Assembly: GCA_963745025.1 (NCBI GenBank)
Contig: CAVUWD010000019.1
Span: 192,001 to 256,000 of the forward strand
Reading direction: 5' to 3'
Source: an uncultured delta proteobacterium
GTDB taxonomy: Bacteria > Desulfobacterota > Binatia > JACPRU01
Length of the DNA: 64,000 nt
The notes below the pieces were generated by a model. The model made no database searches. It saw nothing but the letters and a program-made list of their open reading frames with translations, and had not been told where the DNA came from. Position numbers and translations under genes: made by a program. Below are positions 20,582 through 29,600 of the stretch, piece after piece (positions within the stretch are counted from its first letter, which is position 1; each line of letters opens with the position of its first letter).

Positions 20582-21340
20582 ATGAGCCTCGATCGAGTGC
20601 GAGTCGTGCTGGTCCGCGCAAAGAGCCCCGGGAACGTCGGGTCGGTCGCGCGAGCGATGAAGAACATGGGGCTCTCGGACCTCCGCGTGGTGGCGCCGCG
20701 ACGGTATCGGGCACGCTCGGCAGCGGCGATGGCCGTGCACGCGTCGGACGTGCTCGAGCGCGCGAAACGGTGCGCGTCGCTCGGGGAAGCGATCGCTGAT
20801 TGCGGCTGGGTCGTCGGTACGACGTGCCGGCCCGGTCCCTATCGGGCACGCGCGTTGACCCCGCGCGAGGCCGCGCCGCAGATCCTCTCGGTGCTCTCCG
20901 GGAATCGCGTCGCGCTCGTATTCGGTCCGGAAGATCATGGTCTCTCGAACGACGAGCTCAAGCTCTGCCACGAGCTCGTCACGGTCCCTACCGACTCCGG
21001 CTATCCTTCGCTGAATCTCGCCCAGGCGGTGCTCGTTTGCCTCTACGAGCTGATGCTCGCTCGGCACCCGTGCCGCTCGCCGGCTCGGGCGCTGGCGACC
21101 TCGGATCGCCTCGAGCGCATGTACGCGAACCTCGGCCACGCGCTCGTCCGCATCGGCTTCCTCCACGGAACGAACCCCGAGCACATCATGTTCACGGTGC
21201 GCCGCATCTTCGGGCGCGCGCGGCTCGATGCGCGCGAGGTCGCGATCTGGCTCGGGATCGCGCGGCAGATCGAGTGGTTCGCCGAAGCGGGTCGAGGCGT
21301 CGTCGAGGAGAAGCTGAAGAAGGGAATTCGCCTGAAGTAG
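20582..21340 (+). CDS. trmJ: SPOUT RNA methyltransferase, TrmJ/TrmH family
   Basis: PGNVGSVARAMKNMG, LVFGPEDHGLSN, SLNLAQAV. Confidence 0.88.
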   Translation: MSLDRVRVVLVRAKSPGNVGSVARAMKNMGLSDLRVVAPRRYRARSAAAMAVHASDVLERAKRCASLGEAIADCGWVVGTTCRPGPYRARALTPREAAPQILSVLSGNRVALVFGPEDHGLSNDELKLCHELVTVPTDSGYPSLNLAQAVLVCLYELMLARHPCRSPARALATSDRLERMYANLGHALVRIGFLHGTNPEHIMFTVRRIFGRARLDAREVAIWLGIARQIEWFAEAGRGVVEEKLKKGIRLK

Positions 21341-21355
21341 ACGCTGGCGCCCGGC

Positions 21356-21832
21356 TCAGCGCGCGGCGGGCGCCGTGCTGGCGCAGCGAATCGTGAATTG
21401 ATCGCCGTCCGTCGAGTACTGGAGCGGCTTGCCGCTCACCGGATCGAACGGTACCCGATCGACGTACGGCCCGACGAGCTCTGCGAGCGTCGCGGGGGGA
21501 TGGCCATGGTCTGCGACGTAGGCGACGACCTCCCAGTAGGCCCGATTGGTCGCGGCGGTGCAGGTTTTCGGTCGTGAGGCTTGCGCCGCCAGTGGCCTCG
21601 TCGCGACGGCTTGCTTTTGGCGCTCGTAAAGATAGACGAAGAGGGCCGTCTCCAGGGTGATCAGCACCAAGCCGAGGCGGATGAACGTACGAATCGGTCT
21701 CTGCTCGCCGCGTTTGCGTAACTCCTCTTCGGCACGGAGGTCTTCTTCTCTCGCCTGCCGAGCGAGTTGATGGATCGCCTTGCCAAAGTCCGGGGGGAGG
21801 GGGCCACCCGGGGGCGGAGGGGTGAGGCTCAT
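21356..21832 (-). CDS. Membrane-anchored hypothetical protein with pseudopilin GspG-like C-terminus
   Basis: Single TM; GHPPATLAELVGPYVDRVPFDP.SGKP..Y. Confidence 0.6.
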   Translation of the reverse strand: MSLTPPPPGGPLPPDFGKAIHQLARQAREEDLRAEEELRKRGEQRPIRTFIRLGLVLITLETALFVYLYERQKQAVATRPLAAQASRPKTCTAATNRAYWEVVAYVADHGHPPATLAELVGPYVDRVPFDPVSGKPLQYSTDGDQFTIRCASTAPAAR

Positions 21833-21862
21833 GCCGTCATTGTTCCGTCGGGGCAACATGGA

Positions 21863-22258
21863 TCAGGTGCAGGCGCCGGACGTCACGGCGAAGACGCCGT
21901 TCTCGAGCTTGAAGCAGTCGCCGCCCACCTGATAGGTCTTGATGACGTACTCGTTCGGGGCGGGGAACTCGATCGTTCCGAAGGTGCCCGGAGACGTCTT
22001 TCCTCCCGGAATCGCCGGCTGCCCACCGGTGTCGAGTACAGGGCCGCCGTTGCCGGTGAACGGAGAAATGACGGGTGGCGAGGGTTGGGTCGAGACCATG
22101 TCCACGCCAGGGGCCAGTGCCCGCGCATCGCTCGCCGCGGTCGCGTTCAGTGCCGTGCTCTTGAACAAGCCGAAGTTCGAGAGAGCCAGGGTGGCGAGAA
22201 TTGCGATGATCGCAACCACTAGCAGCAGCTCGACGATCGTGAACCCGGAGTCCTTCAT
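21863..22258 (-). CDS. Type IV pilin-like protein
   Basis: Class III signal MKDSG^FTIVELLLVVAIIAILA; C-terminal Cys pair; SD AGGGAGG. Confidence 0.9.
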   Translation of the reverse strand: MKDSGFTIVELLLVVAIIAILATLALSNFGLFKSTALNATAASDARALAPGVDMVSTQPSPPVISPFTGNGGPVLDTGGQPAIPGGKTSPGTFGTIEFPAPNEYVIKTYQVGGDCFKLENGVFAVTSGACT

Positions 22259-22456
22259 GGCTCCCTCCCTGTACCCGTTGGCGCTCAGTGTTCCACACGG
22301 CCCACTCCGCGCGCAAACCCAGCAACCGAGATGCCCACCGCGAAGCCCACGGTTCCACGGGTGCACGTCACAAGCTCGTTTCGTCTCGAGCCAGGACCTT
22401 GCGACCCGCGAACGATTCTGGTTGTTGTGACGCGACATTCCCCAAGGAGCCGATGA

Positions 22457-22762
22457 ATGGGAACGTTCGTCAAAGTCGCCGAGACCAAGGACCTCGCACC
22501 CGGTGCCGGGAAGACCGTCGAAGTGAACGGGAGGGAAGTAGCGCTCTTCAACGTAGGGGGCTCGTTCTACGCGGTGGACAATACTTGCAAACATCGCGGC
22601 GGCTCTCTCGGCGAAGGCGAGGTCGACGGCGCCGTGGTGACCTGCCCTCTGCACGCCTGGACCTACGATGTGACGACGGGTGAGTGCTTCGACGACCCCG
22701 CCTGCTCGATTGACCGCTTCGCGGTGAAAATCGAGGGCGACGACGTCCTCATCGAGCTGTAA
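22457..22762 (+). CDS. Rieske [2Fe-2S] ferredoxin
   Basis: CKH...CPLH; SD AAGGAG. Confidence 0.93.
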   Translation: MGTFVKVAETKDLAPGAGKTVEVNGREVALFNVGGSFYAVDNTCKHRGGSLGEGEVDGAVVTCPLHAWTYDVTTGECFDDPACSIDRFAVKIEGDDVLIEL

Positions 22763-22766
22763 GCCT

Positions 22767-22865
22767 CTGGAACTCTTCGCGACCATGGAGCCCGAAGACC
22801 ACGAGCAGGTGGTCTTCTGCCGCGACCGTTCGACCGGGCTGCGGGCGATCGTAGCCATTCGATGA
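22767..22865 (+). pseudogene. N-terminal remnant of a Leu/Phe/Val dehydrogenase
   Basis: LELFATMEPEDHEQVVFCRDRSTGLRAIVAIR* resembles the LeuDH N-terminus; TGA overlaps the next ATG. Confidence 0.7.
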
Positions 22866-23965
22866 TTCCTCCGAGTCCCTTTGCCGAGCTCGCGCGAGCG
22901 CGCGGAGCCGTATTCCGCGATTACGGGGGTCTCGCGCTCGTCGAGACGTACGGCGATCCGTTGGCGGAATGCACGGCGGTGCGTGCCGGCGCGGGGCTCT
23001 TCGATCTCTCGTTCCGGACGACGCTTCAGTTCACCGGACCAGATCGCACGACGTTTCTCCACAACCTGCTCTCGAACGACATCGCCGCGTTGCGCCCCGG
23101 TACGGGCTGCTATGCGACACTGCTGACGCGCGAGAGCAAGGTGGTGGCCGACGCCAACGTCTTCTGCATGGAAGACAGCATCCGGCTGGACCTGGACCTG
23201 CGAGTGAAAGACCGGGCGCGCGCGCATCTGGAAAAGTTTCTCGTCGCCGACGACGTCGAGATCGAGGACCGAACCGAGTCGGAGACGTCGCTCGGAGTTC
23301 ATGGCCCGCGCTCGAGCGAGATCTTGAGGGCGACGCTCGCCGCCGACGTTCCGGCCGCGGCCCTCCAGCACGTGACGGGAACGATTGCCGGCGCGCCCGT
23401 GCTCGTGGCGCGCGTCGAGTGGACGGGCGATCCGGGGTTCGACGTGACGGTCGCGCGCGCGGAGGGTCCGGCGGTGTGGCTGGCGCTGCTCGCCGCGGGG
23501 GCTCCGCTCGGGCTTCGGCCGGCGGGGATGGCCGCCGCCGAGATCTTGCGTCTCGAGGCCGGCATTCCCTACGTCGACGTCGACTTCGACGAGAGCCACC
23601 TGGTGCTCGAGGCCGGGCTCGAGCGTGGGATCAACTTTCAAAAGGGATGCTATCTCGGGCAGGAGATCGTCGAGCGCGCTTCGGCTCGGGGCCACGTGAA
23701 CAAGCGGCTCGTCGGCCTGCGGATCCACGGGGAGCGGACGCCCGCTCGAGGCGCTCGGATCCTAAAGGACGGAAGCGAGACCGGCCGGGTCACGAGCGCG
23801 GTCTTCTCTCCAAGCCTGCGGGCGCCGATCGCGCTTGGTTACGTGCGGCGCGACGCGATCGCCCCAGGTAGCCGGATCGACGTCGAGATCTCCGGCACGA
23901 CGGCGGTTGCGGAGGTGGTTGCCTTGCCGTTCTACCGCGGCGAAGGCAGAAAGAATCGGACATGA
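22862..23965 (+). CDS. YgfZ/GcvT-family folate-binding protein
   Basis: GLFDLS, LRLEAGIP, signature KGCYLGQE. Confidence 0.92.
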   Translation: MIPPSPFAELARARGAVFRDYGGLALVETYGDPLAECTAVRAGAGLFDLSFRTTLQFTGPDRTTFLHNLLSNDIAALRPGTGCYATLLTRESKVVADANVFCMEDSIRLDLDLRVKDRARAHLEKFLVADDVEIEDRTESETSLGVHGPRSSEILRATLAADVPAAALQHVTGTIAGAPVLVARVEWTGDPGFDVTVARAEGPAVWLALLAAGAPLGLRPAGMAAAEILRLEAGIPYVDVDFDESHLVLEAGLERGINFQKGCYLGQEIVERASARGHVNKRLVGLRIHGERTPARGARILKDGSETGRVTSAVFSPSLRAPIALGYVRRDAIAPGSRIDVEISGTTAVAEVVALPFYRGEGRKNRT

Positions 23966-23989
23966 TGTGAGAAATCAGGAGGAAGCCAG

Positions 23990-24130
23990 ATGCCTCAACT
24001 CGGAAAACGGTATGTCTGCGAGAGCTGCGGGACCGAGATTCTCTGCAACAAGCCGGGGACGGGAGCGACGTCCTGCTGCGAGCAGGACATGAAGCTCAAG
24101 GAAGCCAAGCCGCTACCCTCCTCGGATTGA
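23990..24130 (+). CDS. Desulforedoxin-type mini-protein A (46 aa), absent from ORF track
   Basis: MPQLGKRYVCESCGTEILCNKPGTGATSCCEQDMKLKEAKPLPSSD; CxxC-x15-CC; SD AGGAGG; stop overlaps next start. Confidence 0.85.
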   Translation: MPQLGKRYVCESCGTEILCNKPGTGATSCCEQDMKLKEAKPLPSSD

Positions 24131-25593
24131 CCGTCAGGCCCTTGAGGGCCGATCTCATTCTCCTCGGCCACGTGTGGACCGGGGACCGAGAGCGCCCGCA
24201 CGCCCGGGCGGTCGCGGTGCTCGGCGCCCGGATCGCCGCCGTCGGCGACGAGGGGGAGATCCTCCGCCTGCGCGGCGCCGCCACGGAGGTGCTCGGCGGC
24301 CGCGACGCCACGATCCTCCCGGGATTCGTCGACGCGCATCTCCATCTCCTCGCCCTCGCGCGGCGCGCCGAGGAGGTCGACTGCTCGAGGGAGAGCGTGC
24401 GCTCGGTGGCGGAGCTCGTCGCGAAGATCCGCGCGGCCGCTGCGTCGCGACCTCCCGGGAGCTGGATCCGCGCGTTCGGTTACGACGAGTTCTTTCTCGA
24501 GGAGAAGCGTCCACCCCGCGTGGCCGATCTCGACGCGGCGGCCCCCGCCCATGCGGTTCGCTTGTTGCACCGCACGGGACACGCCGCCGTGCTCAACACG
24601 GTGGCGTGTCAGAGGCTCGGCATGGCGCCCTGCGAGGTGATCTACGAGCCGGCGGGTCTGTTGCGCGGCCGGATTCCCGCCCCGTCCGCCGCCGAAGCGA
24701 AGAGGCTCGTCGCGGCCGCTTCCGATCGACTGCTCGCCTCGGGCATCACGATGTTCCACGACCCGTCGCCCGGCCAGAGCGCGGCCGACATCGAGCATTT
24801 GCGAGCGTGGGTCGAGGAGGGGACGATCCGCCAGCGGGTGATTGCGCTCGGCGCCAGCACGGGCTTCGAGCCGGGCGACCGAGCCAGTCGATGGTTTCGC
24901 CACGCGGGTGTGAAGATCATGATCGGTGAAGCCGGCGACGCCGACGAGATCGCCGCGCAAGTTGCCGCGGCGGATCGTCGTGGGGCGCAAGTCGCGCTGC
25001 ACGCCGTCGAGGGGGCCGCGCTCGTGGTGGCGATCGAGGCGCTACGCCGGCTCGGTCCGGCCCGCACGCGGGCGCGGCGCCATCGCATCGAGCATGCCGC
25101 GCTTTGTCCGCCGCCGCTCTGCGAGGCGATCGCCGAAAGCGGCGCCGCTGTCGTCACCCACCCGGGCTTCCTTCGCCGCTTTGGGGAGAAATATCGAAGC
25201 GAGCTTCGTCGCGAAGAGGAGGATTGGCTCTATCCCTTACGACGCTTTCTCGATTCTGGAGTTCCGCTCGCGTTCGGGTCCGATGCACCGATTGCCCCGC
25301 CTTCGCCTCTGGACAACGTCAGCGCCGCGCTCTTGCGAGAGAGCGAAGGGGGAGCGCGGCTCGGGCCCTCGCAACGGATTCTCGCGGCCGAAGCGCTGGC
25401 GCTGCACACGCAGGGCGGCGCGTGGGTGGGCGGGCTCGACTCGATCTGCGGGTCGCTGGCGCCGGGCCGGCTCGCCGATCTCGTCGTGGTCGATCGTGAT
25501 CCGCTCGAGGTCCCGCCCGCGGAGATCGCCGCCATCCGGGTCCGGGCGACGGTGATCGAAGGGCGCGTCGTTTGGAGACGTGGCGACGTATGA
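24127..25593 (+). CDS. Amidohydrolase family 3 (YtcJ-like)
   Basis: PGFVDAHLH, HAVEG, RHRIEH, FGSDAP, GRLADLVV. Confidence 0.92.
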   Translation: MTVRPLRADLILLGHVWTGDRERPHARAVAVLGARIAAVGDEGEILRLRGAATEVLGGRDATILPGFVDAHLHLLALARRAEEVDCSRESVRSVAELVAKIRAAAASRPPGSWIRAFGYDEFFLEEKRPPRVADLDAAAPAHAVRLLHRTGHAAVLNTVACQRLGMAPCEVIYEPAGLLRGRIPAPSAAEAKRLVAAASDRLLASGITMFHDPSPGQSAADIEHLRAWVEEGTIRQRVIALGASTGFEPGDRASRWFRHAGVKIMIGEAGDADEIAAQVAAADRRGAQVALHAVEGAALVVAIEALRRLGPARTRARRHRIEHAALCPPPLCEAIAESGAAVVTHPGFLRRFGEKYRSELRREEEDWLYPLRRFLDSGVPLAFGSDAPIAPPSPLDNVSAALLRESEGGARLGPSQRILAAEALALHTQGGAWVGGLDSICGSLAPGRLADLVVVDRDPLEVPPAEIAAIRVRATVIEGRVVWRRGDV

Positions 25594-26306
25594 GTGCATT
25601 TCGCACGATCCTCTTCGAACGCCGCGGGCAGGTGGCGTGGGTCACCCTCAACCGTCCCGACGTGCGCAACGCCTACAACACCGAGATGCGCGACGACCTC
25701 CACGCCGCGCTCTCGACCGTTCGAGACGACGAGTCGCTGCGTGCGCTCGTCCTCCGCGGCGCCGGTCCCGCGTTCTGCTCCGGCGGGGACATCCGCGAGT
25801 TCGGATCGGCTCCGTCGCCGGTCGTCGCTCGCGAGGTGCGCTGGCGGCGAGACGTATGGGGGCTCCTCCGCTCGCTGCGCCAGCCGACGATCGCGGCGAT
25901 TCACGGTCACGCCGCCGGCAGCGGCCTCGAGATGGCGCTGCTCTGCGACTTCCGTATCGCCGCAACCGATGCGATTCTTTCGCTGCCCGAGACCGGTCTC
26001 GGCATGATCCCCGGCGTCGTCGGCACGCAGACCGCCCCGCGGGCGATCGGCGTCGGGCGGACGCTCGACCTGGTATTGACCGGCCGGCAGATTGACGCTC
26101 GCGAGGCTCGCCGTGTAGGAGTCGTGGGCTCGGTGGTGTCGTCGGCGCGCCTAGCGGACGAGGCGAACCGGCTGGCGCGCCGGTTGGTGAAGCTCGACGG
26201 AGAGTTGATTTCCCGAGTGAAGAATCTCGTCGTTCGCGGCCTCGATCTACCGCTCACACTGGCGCTTGCTCGAGAGCGTCTCGTCGCAGGGAGAACGAAT
26301 CCATGA
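25590..26306 (+). CDS. Enoyl-CoA hydratase/crotonase
   Basis: LNRPDVRNA, AFCSGGD, GSGLEMAL, LPETGLGMIPG (both catalytic Glu present). Confidence 0.92.
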   Translation: MSAFRTILFERRGQVAWVTLNRPDVRNAYNTEMRDDLHAALSTVRDDESLRALVLRGAGPAFCSGGDIREFGSAPSPVVAREVRWRRDVWGLLRSLRQPTIAAIHGHAAGSGLEMALLCDFRIAATDAILSLPETGLGMIPGVVGTQTAPRAIGVGRTLDLVLTGRQIDAREARRVGVVGSVVSSARLADEANRLARRLVKLDGELISRVKNLVVRGLDLPLTLALARERLVAGRTNP

Positions 26307-27853
26307 ATACCGCAAGCTTTCTCAGCATCCCGGCTTCGATGTTCGGCGACCAGGAGATCCTGGTGTTCGGCCCGCACCGGCGCTGTTACGGAGAGTTGCT
26401 CTCGCGCGTGCGCCGGCTCGCCGCCTCGATGCGGCAGGCGGGCATCGGCAAGGGGGACGTGGTCGCCGCGCTGCAGACGAACTCCGACACGTACCTCGAG
26501 ACGTATTACGCGAGCGCGACCCTGGGCGCCGTCTTCGTTCCGCTCAACTACCGAGCGAAGCCGCCGGAACTCGAATACGCGATCGCGACGGCGAAGACGA
26601 AGATGATCTTCGTCGGTGACCGCTACGCCGACCTGTTCGAAGCGCTTCGGCCGAAGCTGCCGTCGATCGCCTCCATCGTGACATACGAGAGCGGGGATTC
26701 GGGCTGGCTACGCTACGAAGAGCTCCTCGAGAACCAGGAAGAAGTCGAGGATACCGACGTCGAGGAGAGCGACGTCTCGATCCTCATGTACACGAGCGGG
26801 ACGACCAGTCTGCCGAAAGGCGTGCTCCTCACCCACGGCGATTTCACCGCGTACGTCACCAACACCATCGAGCTCGCCGACGGCTCCGACCGGGGCACCG
26901 CGCTCGTTTCCGTGCCATTTTACCACATCGCCGGCACCACGCAGATGATGACCACGATGTGGTCGGGGCGCCGACTGGTGATTCGTCCGCAGTTCCAAGC
27001 GACGGAGTGGCTGGAGACGGTTCAGCGCGAGTCTGTCACGCACGCGATCGTCGTGCCGACGATGCTCAAGCAGATCGTCGACCATCCCGACCTCGAGAAG
27101 TACAATCTGTCGACGCTCACGAATCTCTCGTACGGCGGCGCGCAGATGCCGTTGCCCGTGATTCGCCGCGCGATCGAGCGGCTGCCGAAGACGATCGGCT
27201 TCGTCAACGCCTACGGTCAGACCGAGACCACTTCGACGCTGACGATCCTCGGTCCCGACGATCATCGGCTGGAGGGTTCGCGCGAAGAGGTCGAAAAGAA
27301 GGTGCGCCGCCTGGCCTCGATCGGCAAGCCGCTGCCCGACGTCGAGGTCCGGGTCGTGGACGACGCCGGCAACCCGTTGCCGGCGGGCGAGGTCGGCGAG
27401 ATCGTGGTTCGTACGCCGCGCATGATGAAGGGCTATGCGACCGAGAGCGGCGCCGCGATGAGCCTGCTCGAGGGCGGATGGCTCCGCACCCGCGACATGG
27501 GCTGGGTCGACGAGGACGGCTACATCTATCTCGCGGGCCGCAAGGACGACATGATCATCCGCGGCGGCGAGAACATCGCGCCCGCCGAGGTCGAAGCCGT
27601 GTTGCAGAGTCATCCGGGCGTCGACGACGTCGCGGTGTTCGGCGTGCCGAGCGACGAGTGGGGGCAGATCGTCGCCGCCGCGGTCGTACTCCGGAGCGAA
27701 GGATCTCTCTCGGCGCAGGACCTCGCCGAGTTCTGCAAGCAACGGCTGGCGAGCTTCAAGAAGCCCGAGAAGATCTTGTTCATGCCGGAGCTGCCGCGCA
27801 ATCCGCTCGGCAAGGTGCTCAAGAAAGATCTGAAGCAGCAATTCGGAGACTGA
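26303..27853 (+). CDS. Acyl-CoA synthetase (AMP-forming)
   Basis: YTSGTTSLPKG, YGQTET, TRD, GRKDDMIIRGGENI, PRNPLGK. Confidence 0.95.
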   Translation: MNTASFLSIPASMFGDQEILVFGPHRRCYGELLSRVRRLAASMRQAGIGKGDVVAALQTNSDTYLETYYASATLGAVFVPLNYRAKPPELEYAIATAKTKMIFVGDRYADLFEALRPKLPSIASIVTYESGDSGWLRYEELLENQEEVEDTDVEESDVSILMYTSGTTSLPKGVLLTHGDFTAYVTNTIELADGSDRGTALVSVPFYHIAGTTQMMTTMWSGRRLVIRPQFQATEWLETVQRESVTHAIVVPTMLKQIVDHPDLEKYNLSTLTNLSYGGAQMPLPVIRRAIERLPKTIGFVNAYGQTETTSTLTILGPDDHRLEGSREEVEKKVRRLASIGKPLPDVEVRVVDDAGNPLPAGEVGEIVVRTPRMMKGYATESGAAMSLLEGGWLRTRDMGWVDEDGYIYLAGRKDDMIIRGGENIAPAEVEAVLQSHPGVDDVAVFGVPSDEWGQIVAAAVVLRSEGSLSAQDLAEFCKQRLASFKKPEKILFMPELPRNPLGKVLKKDLKQQFGD

Positions 27854-28605
27854 TGGCGCGACGCAGCCGAGCGGTGACGTTCGACCGGCGAGGGCATCTC
27901 GCCGAGCTGGTCCTGGACCTCCGCGAGAGCGGGGGCCGCTTCACGCCCGAGTCCGCCGTGGCGTTCTCGGAGGCCTGCACTCGATGCGACGACGAAGAGG
28001 TCTGGGTGGTGCTGTTGCGTTCGGCGGCTCCCGACCTCTGCATCGGCCTCGAGGGCCGGTTCTCCGATTGGCCGCGGGTCTCGGGCACCGACTTCGTGAC
28101 CTCGCTGGCGTCGATCCGCCAGCCGGTTGTGCTTGCCGTGCGGCGTCGCGCCGAGGCCGAAGGCTTCGAGTTCGCGCTGGCCGCCGATCTCCGCGTCGTC
28201 GAGCCGCGGACCCGGTTCTTGATGCCGCAGGTGGCGGCCGGGACCCTGCCGGGCTTCGGCGGCACCCAGCGCCTGCCCCGACTCGTCGGGGTCGAGCGAA
28301 CGCTGCGCGCGCTGCTACTCGGCGAGCCGATCTCGGGCAGGAAGGCGGTCGAGTGGGGACTCGCGACGCGCCTCGAGGCACGTGCCGATCGCGCGGCGCT
28401 CCGGCTCGCGAAGACGCTTCTCGAGCGTGGTCCACTCTCCCTCCGTTTTGCGAAGGAAGCCGTACGCCGCTCGTTGGATCTCGCTCTTGACGACGGTGCG
28501 CGTTTCGAGCACGACCTCTACGTGTTGCTCGAGACGACGCGCGACCGCGCCGAGGGAGTCGACGCGTTTCTCGGCAAGCGAAAACCGAAATTTCGAGGAC
28601 AATAG
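27853..28605 (+). CDS. Degenerate crotonase-fold protein
   Basis: EGFEFALAADLR, MPQVAAGTLPGFGGTQRLPRLVG, EGVDAFLGKRKPKF; ATG overlaps ligase stop. Confidence 0.88.
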   Translation: MARRSRAVTFDRRGHLAELVLDLRESGGRFTPESAVAFSEACTRCDDEEVWVVLLRSAAPDLCIGLEGRFSDWPRVSGTDFVTSLASIRQPVVLAVRRRAEAEGFEFALAADLRVVEPRTRFLMPQVAAGTLPGFGGTQRLPRLVGVERTLRALLLGEPISGRKAVEWGLATRLEARADRAALRLAKTLLERGPLSLRFAKEAVRRSLDLALDDGARFEHDLYVLLETTRDRAEGVDAFLGKRKPKFRGQ

Positions 28606-28615
28606 GAGACCGGTG

Positions 28616-28735
28616 ATGCCGAACCAGCTGGGAAAGATGTACGTCTGCGCGAAGTGTGGAGCTCAAGTGATCGTCACCAAGGCGGGCAGCGGCTCGCTCC
28701 AGTGCTGTGGTCAGCCGATGGAGCAAAAGAAGTAG
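28616..28735 (+). CDS. Desulforedoxin-type mini-protein B (39 aa)
   Basis: MPNQLGKMYVCAKCGAQVIVTKAGSGSLQCCGQPMEQKK; CxxC-x15-CC; SD AGGAG. Confidence 0.88.
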   Translation: MPNQLGKMYVCAKCGAQVIVTKAGSGSLQCCGQPMEQKK

Positions 28736-29326
28736 ATGGCCCGCCTTCGGCCGCTCGAGGGGCGTGACGCAGGGCTCGTCACGAGGGCCGTTCAGGCTGT
28801 CTTCCGCCTCGCTCTCGGCCGCGAACTCAACCCGTACAAGCTGGAAGCGTATGCGCCGCGCACGGTGCTCGCGTCGTTTCTGTCGAACACCCTGATGACG
28901 ACCGGGCGTTGGGCGCTGGCGGGGGATTTCCGGCAGATGATCCGCGTCCGCGTCGCGGCGCTCAACGGATGCCCGTTCTGAATGGACATCAACGCCGCCG
29001 TGGGCGGCCAGCGCGGGCTGCCTCAGGAGAAGATCGATGCGGCGCTCGGCGTGCGCTCGGCCGACGCGGCCGGCCTTTCGAGCCGCGAGCGACTCGCCCT
29101 CGAATACAGCGATCGGGTGAGCGCCACGCCGGTCGACGTCCCCGACGACTTCTTCGCGCGACTCGCCGCCGAGTTCTCGGAACGAGAGATCGTCGAGCTA
29201 ACCGCTACGATCGCCCACGAGAACTACAATTCCAAGTTCAATCGGCCACTGCGGATCGAAGCGAACAACTTCTGCCAGATCCCTCTGCCGACGCCGGAAG
29301 AGCTGGCGGCAAGGAGAGCCGGATGA
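28736..29326 (+). CDS. AhpD/carboxymuconolactone decarboxylase-family protein, candidate selenoprotein (CxxU)
   Basis: RVAALNGCPF-TGA(28979-28981)-MDINAAVG in one frame; C-half LSSRERLALEY...FSEREIVELT..IAHENY.SKFN. Confidence 0.82.
28982..29010 (+). promoter_or_regulatory. Candidate bacterial SECIS hairpin
   Basis: GCCGCC(28994-28999)-GUG-GGCGGC(29003-29008); loop starts with G, 18 nt after UGA. Confidence 0.6.
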
Positions 29327-29600
29327 ACGACCGCGAGGCGATCCGCGAGGAACTGGACGAGAGATCCTCGCGACGCACGAGCGCTTCTCGAGAGCATTTC
29401 GACCCGGTTGCCGCTGATGGATCTCGACCAACGCGAGCGATATCTGACGCTGGTTTCCCTGCAGGTCACGAAGATCGAGCGAATCGAAACGCCGCTTCGA
29501 CTGGCGCTTCGCGAAACGGCTGCCGAAGTCCCGCCGATCCTGATGCAGGAGCTTTCCGGCGGCCGAGGACTCAGGCGAGGAGTTCCTCGAGCGCTCGCCA
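29323..29600 (+). CDS. Small helical hypothetical protein, frameshifted (end approximate)
   Basis: MNDREAIREELDE then LPLMDLDQRERYLTLVSLQVTKIE in a shifted frame; ATGA overlap with upstream stop. Confidence 0.4.

Noticed and set aside
21863-22258. Conductive e-pilin
   Set aside because: Full-length pilin with a globular head, not the truncated aromatic-dense type
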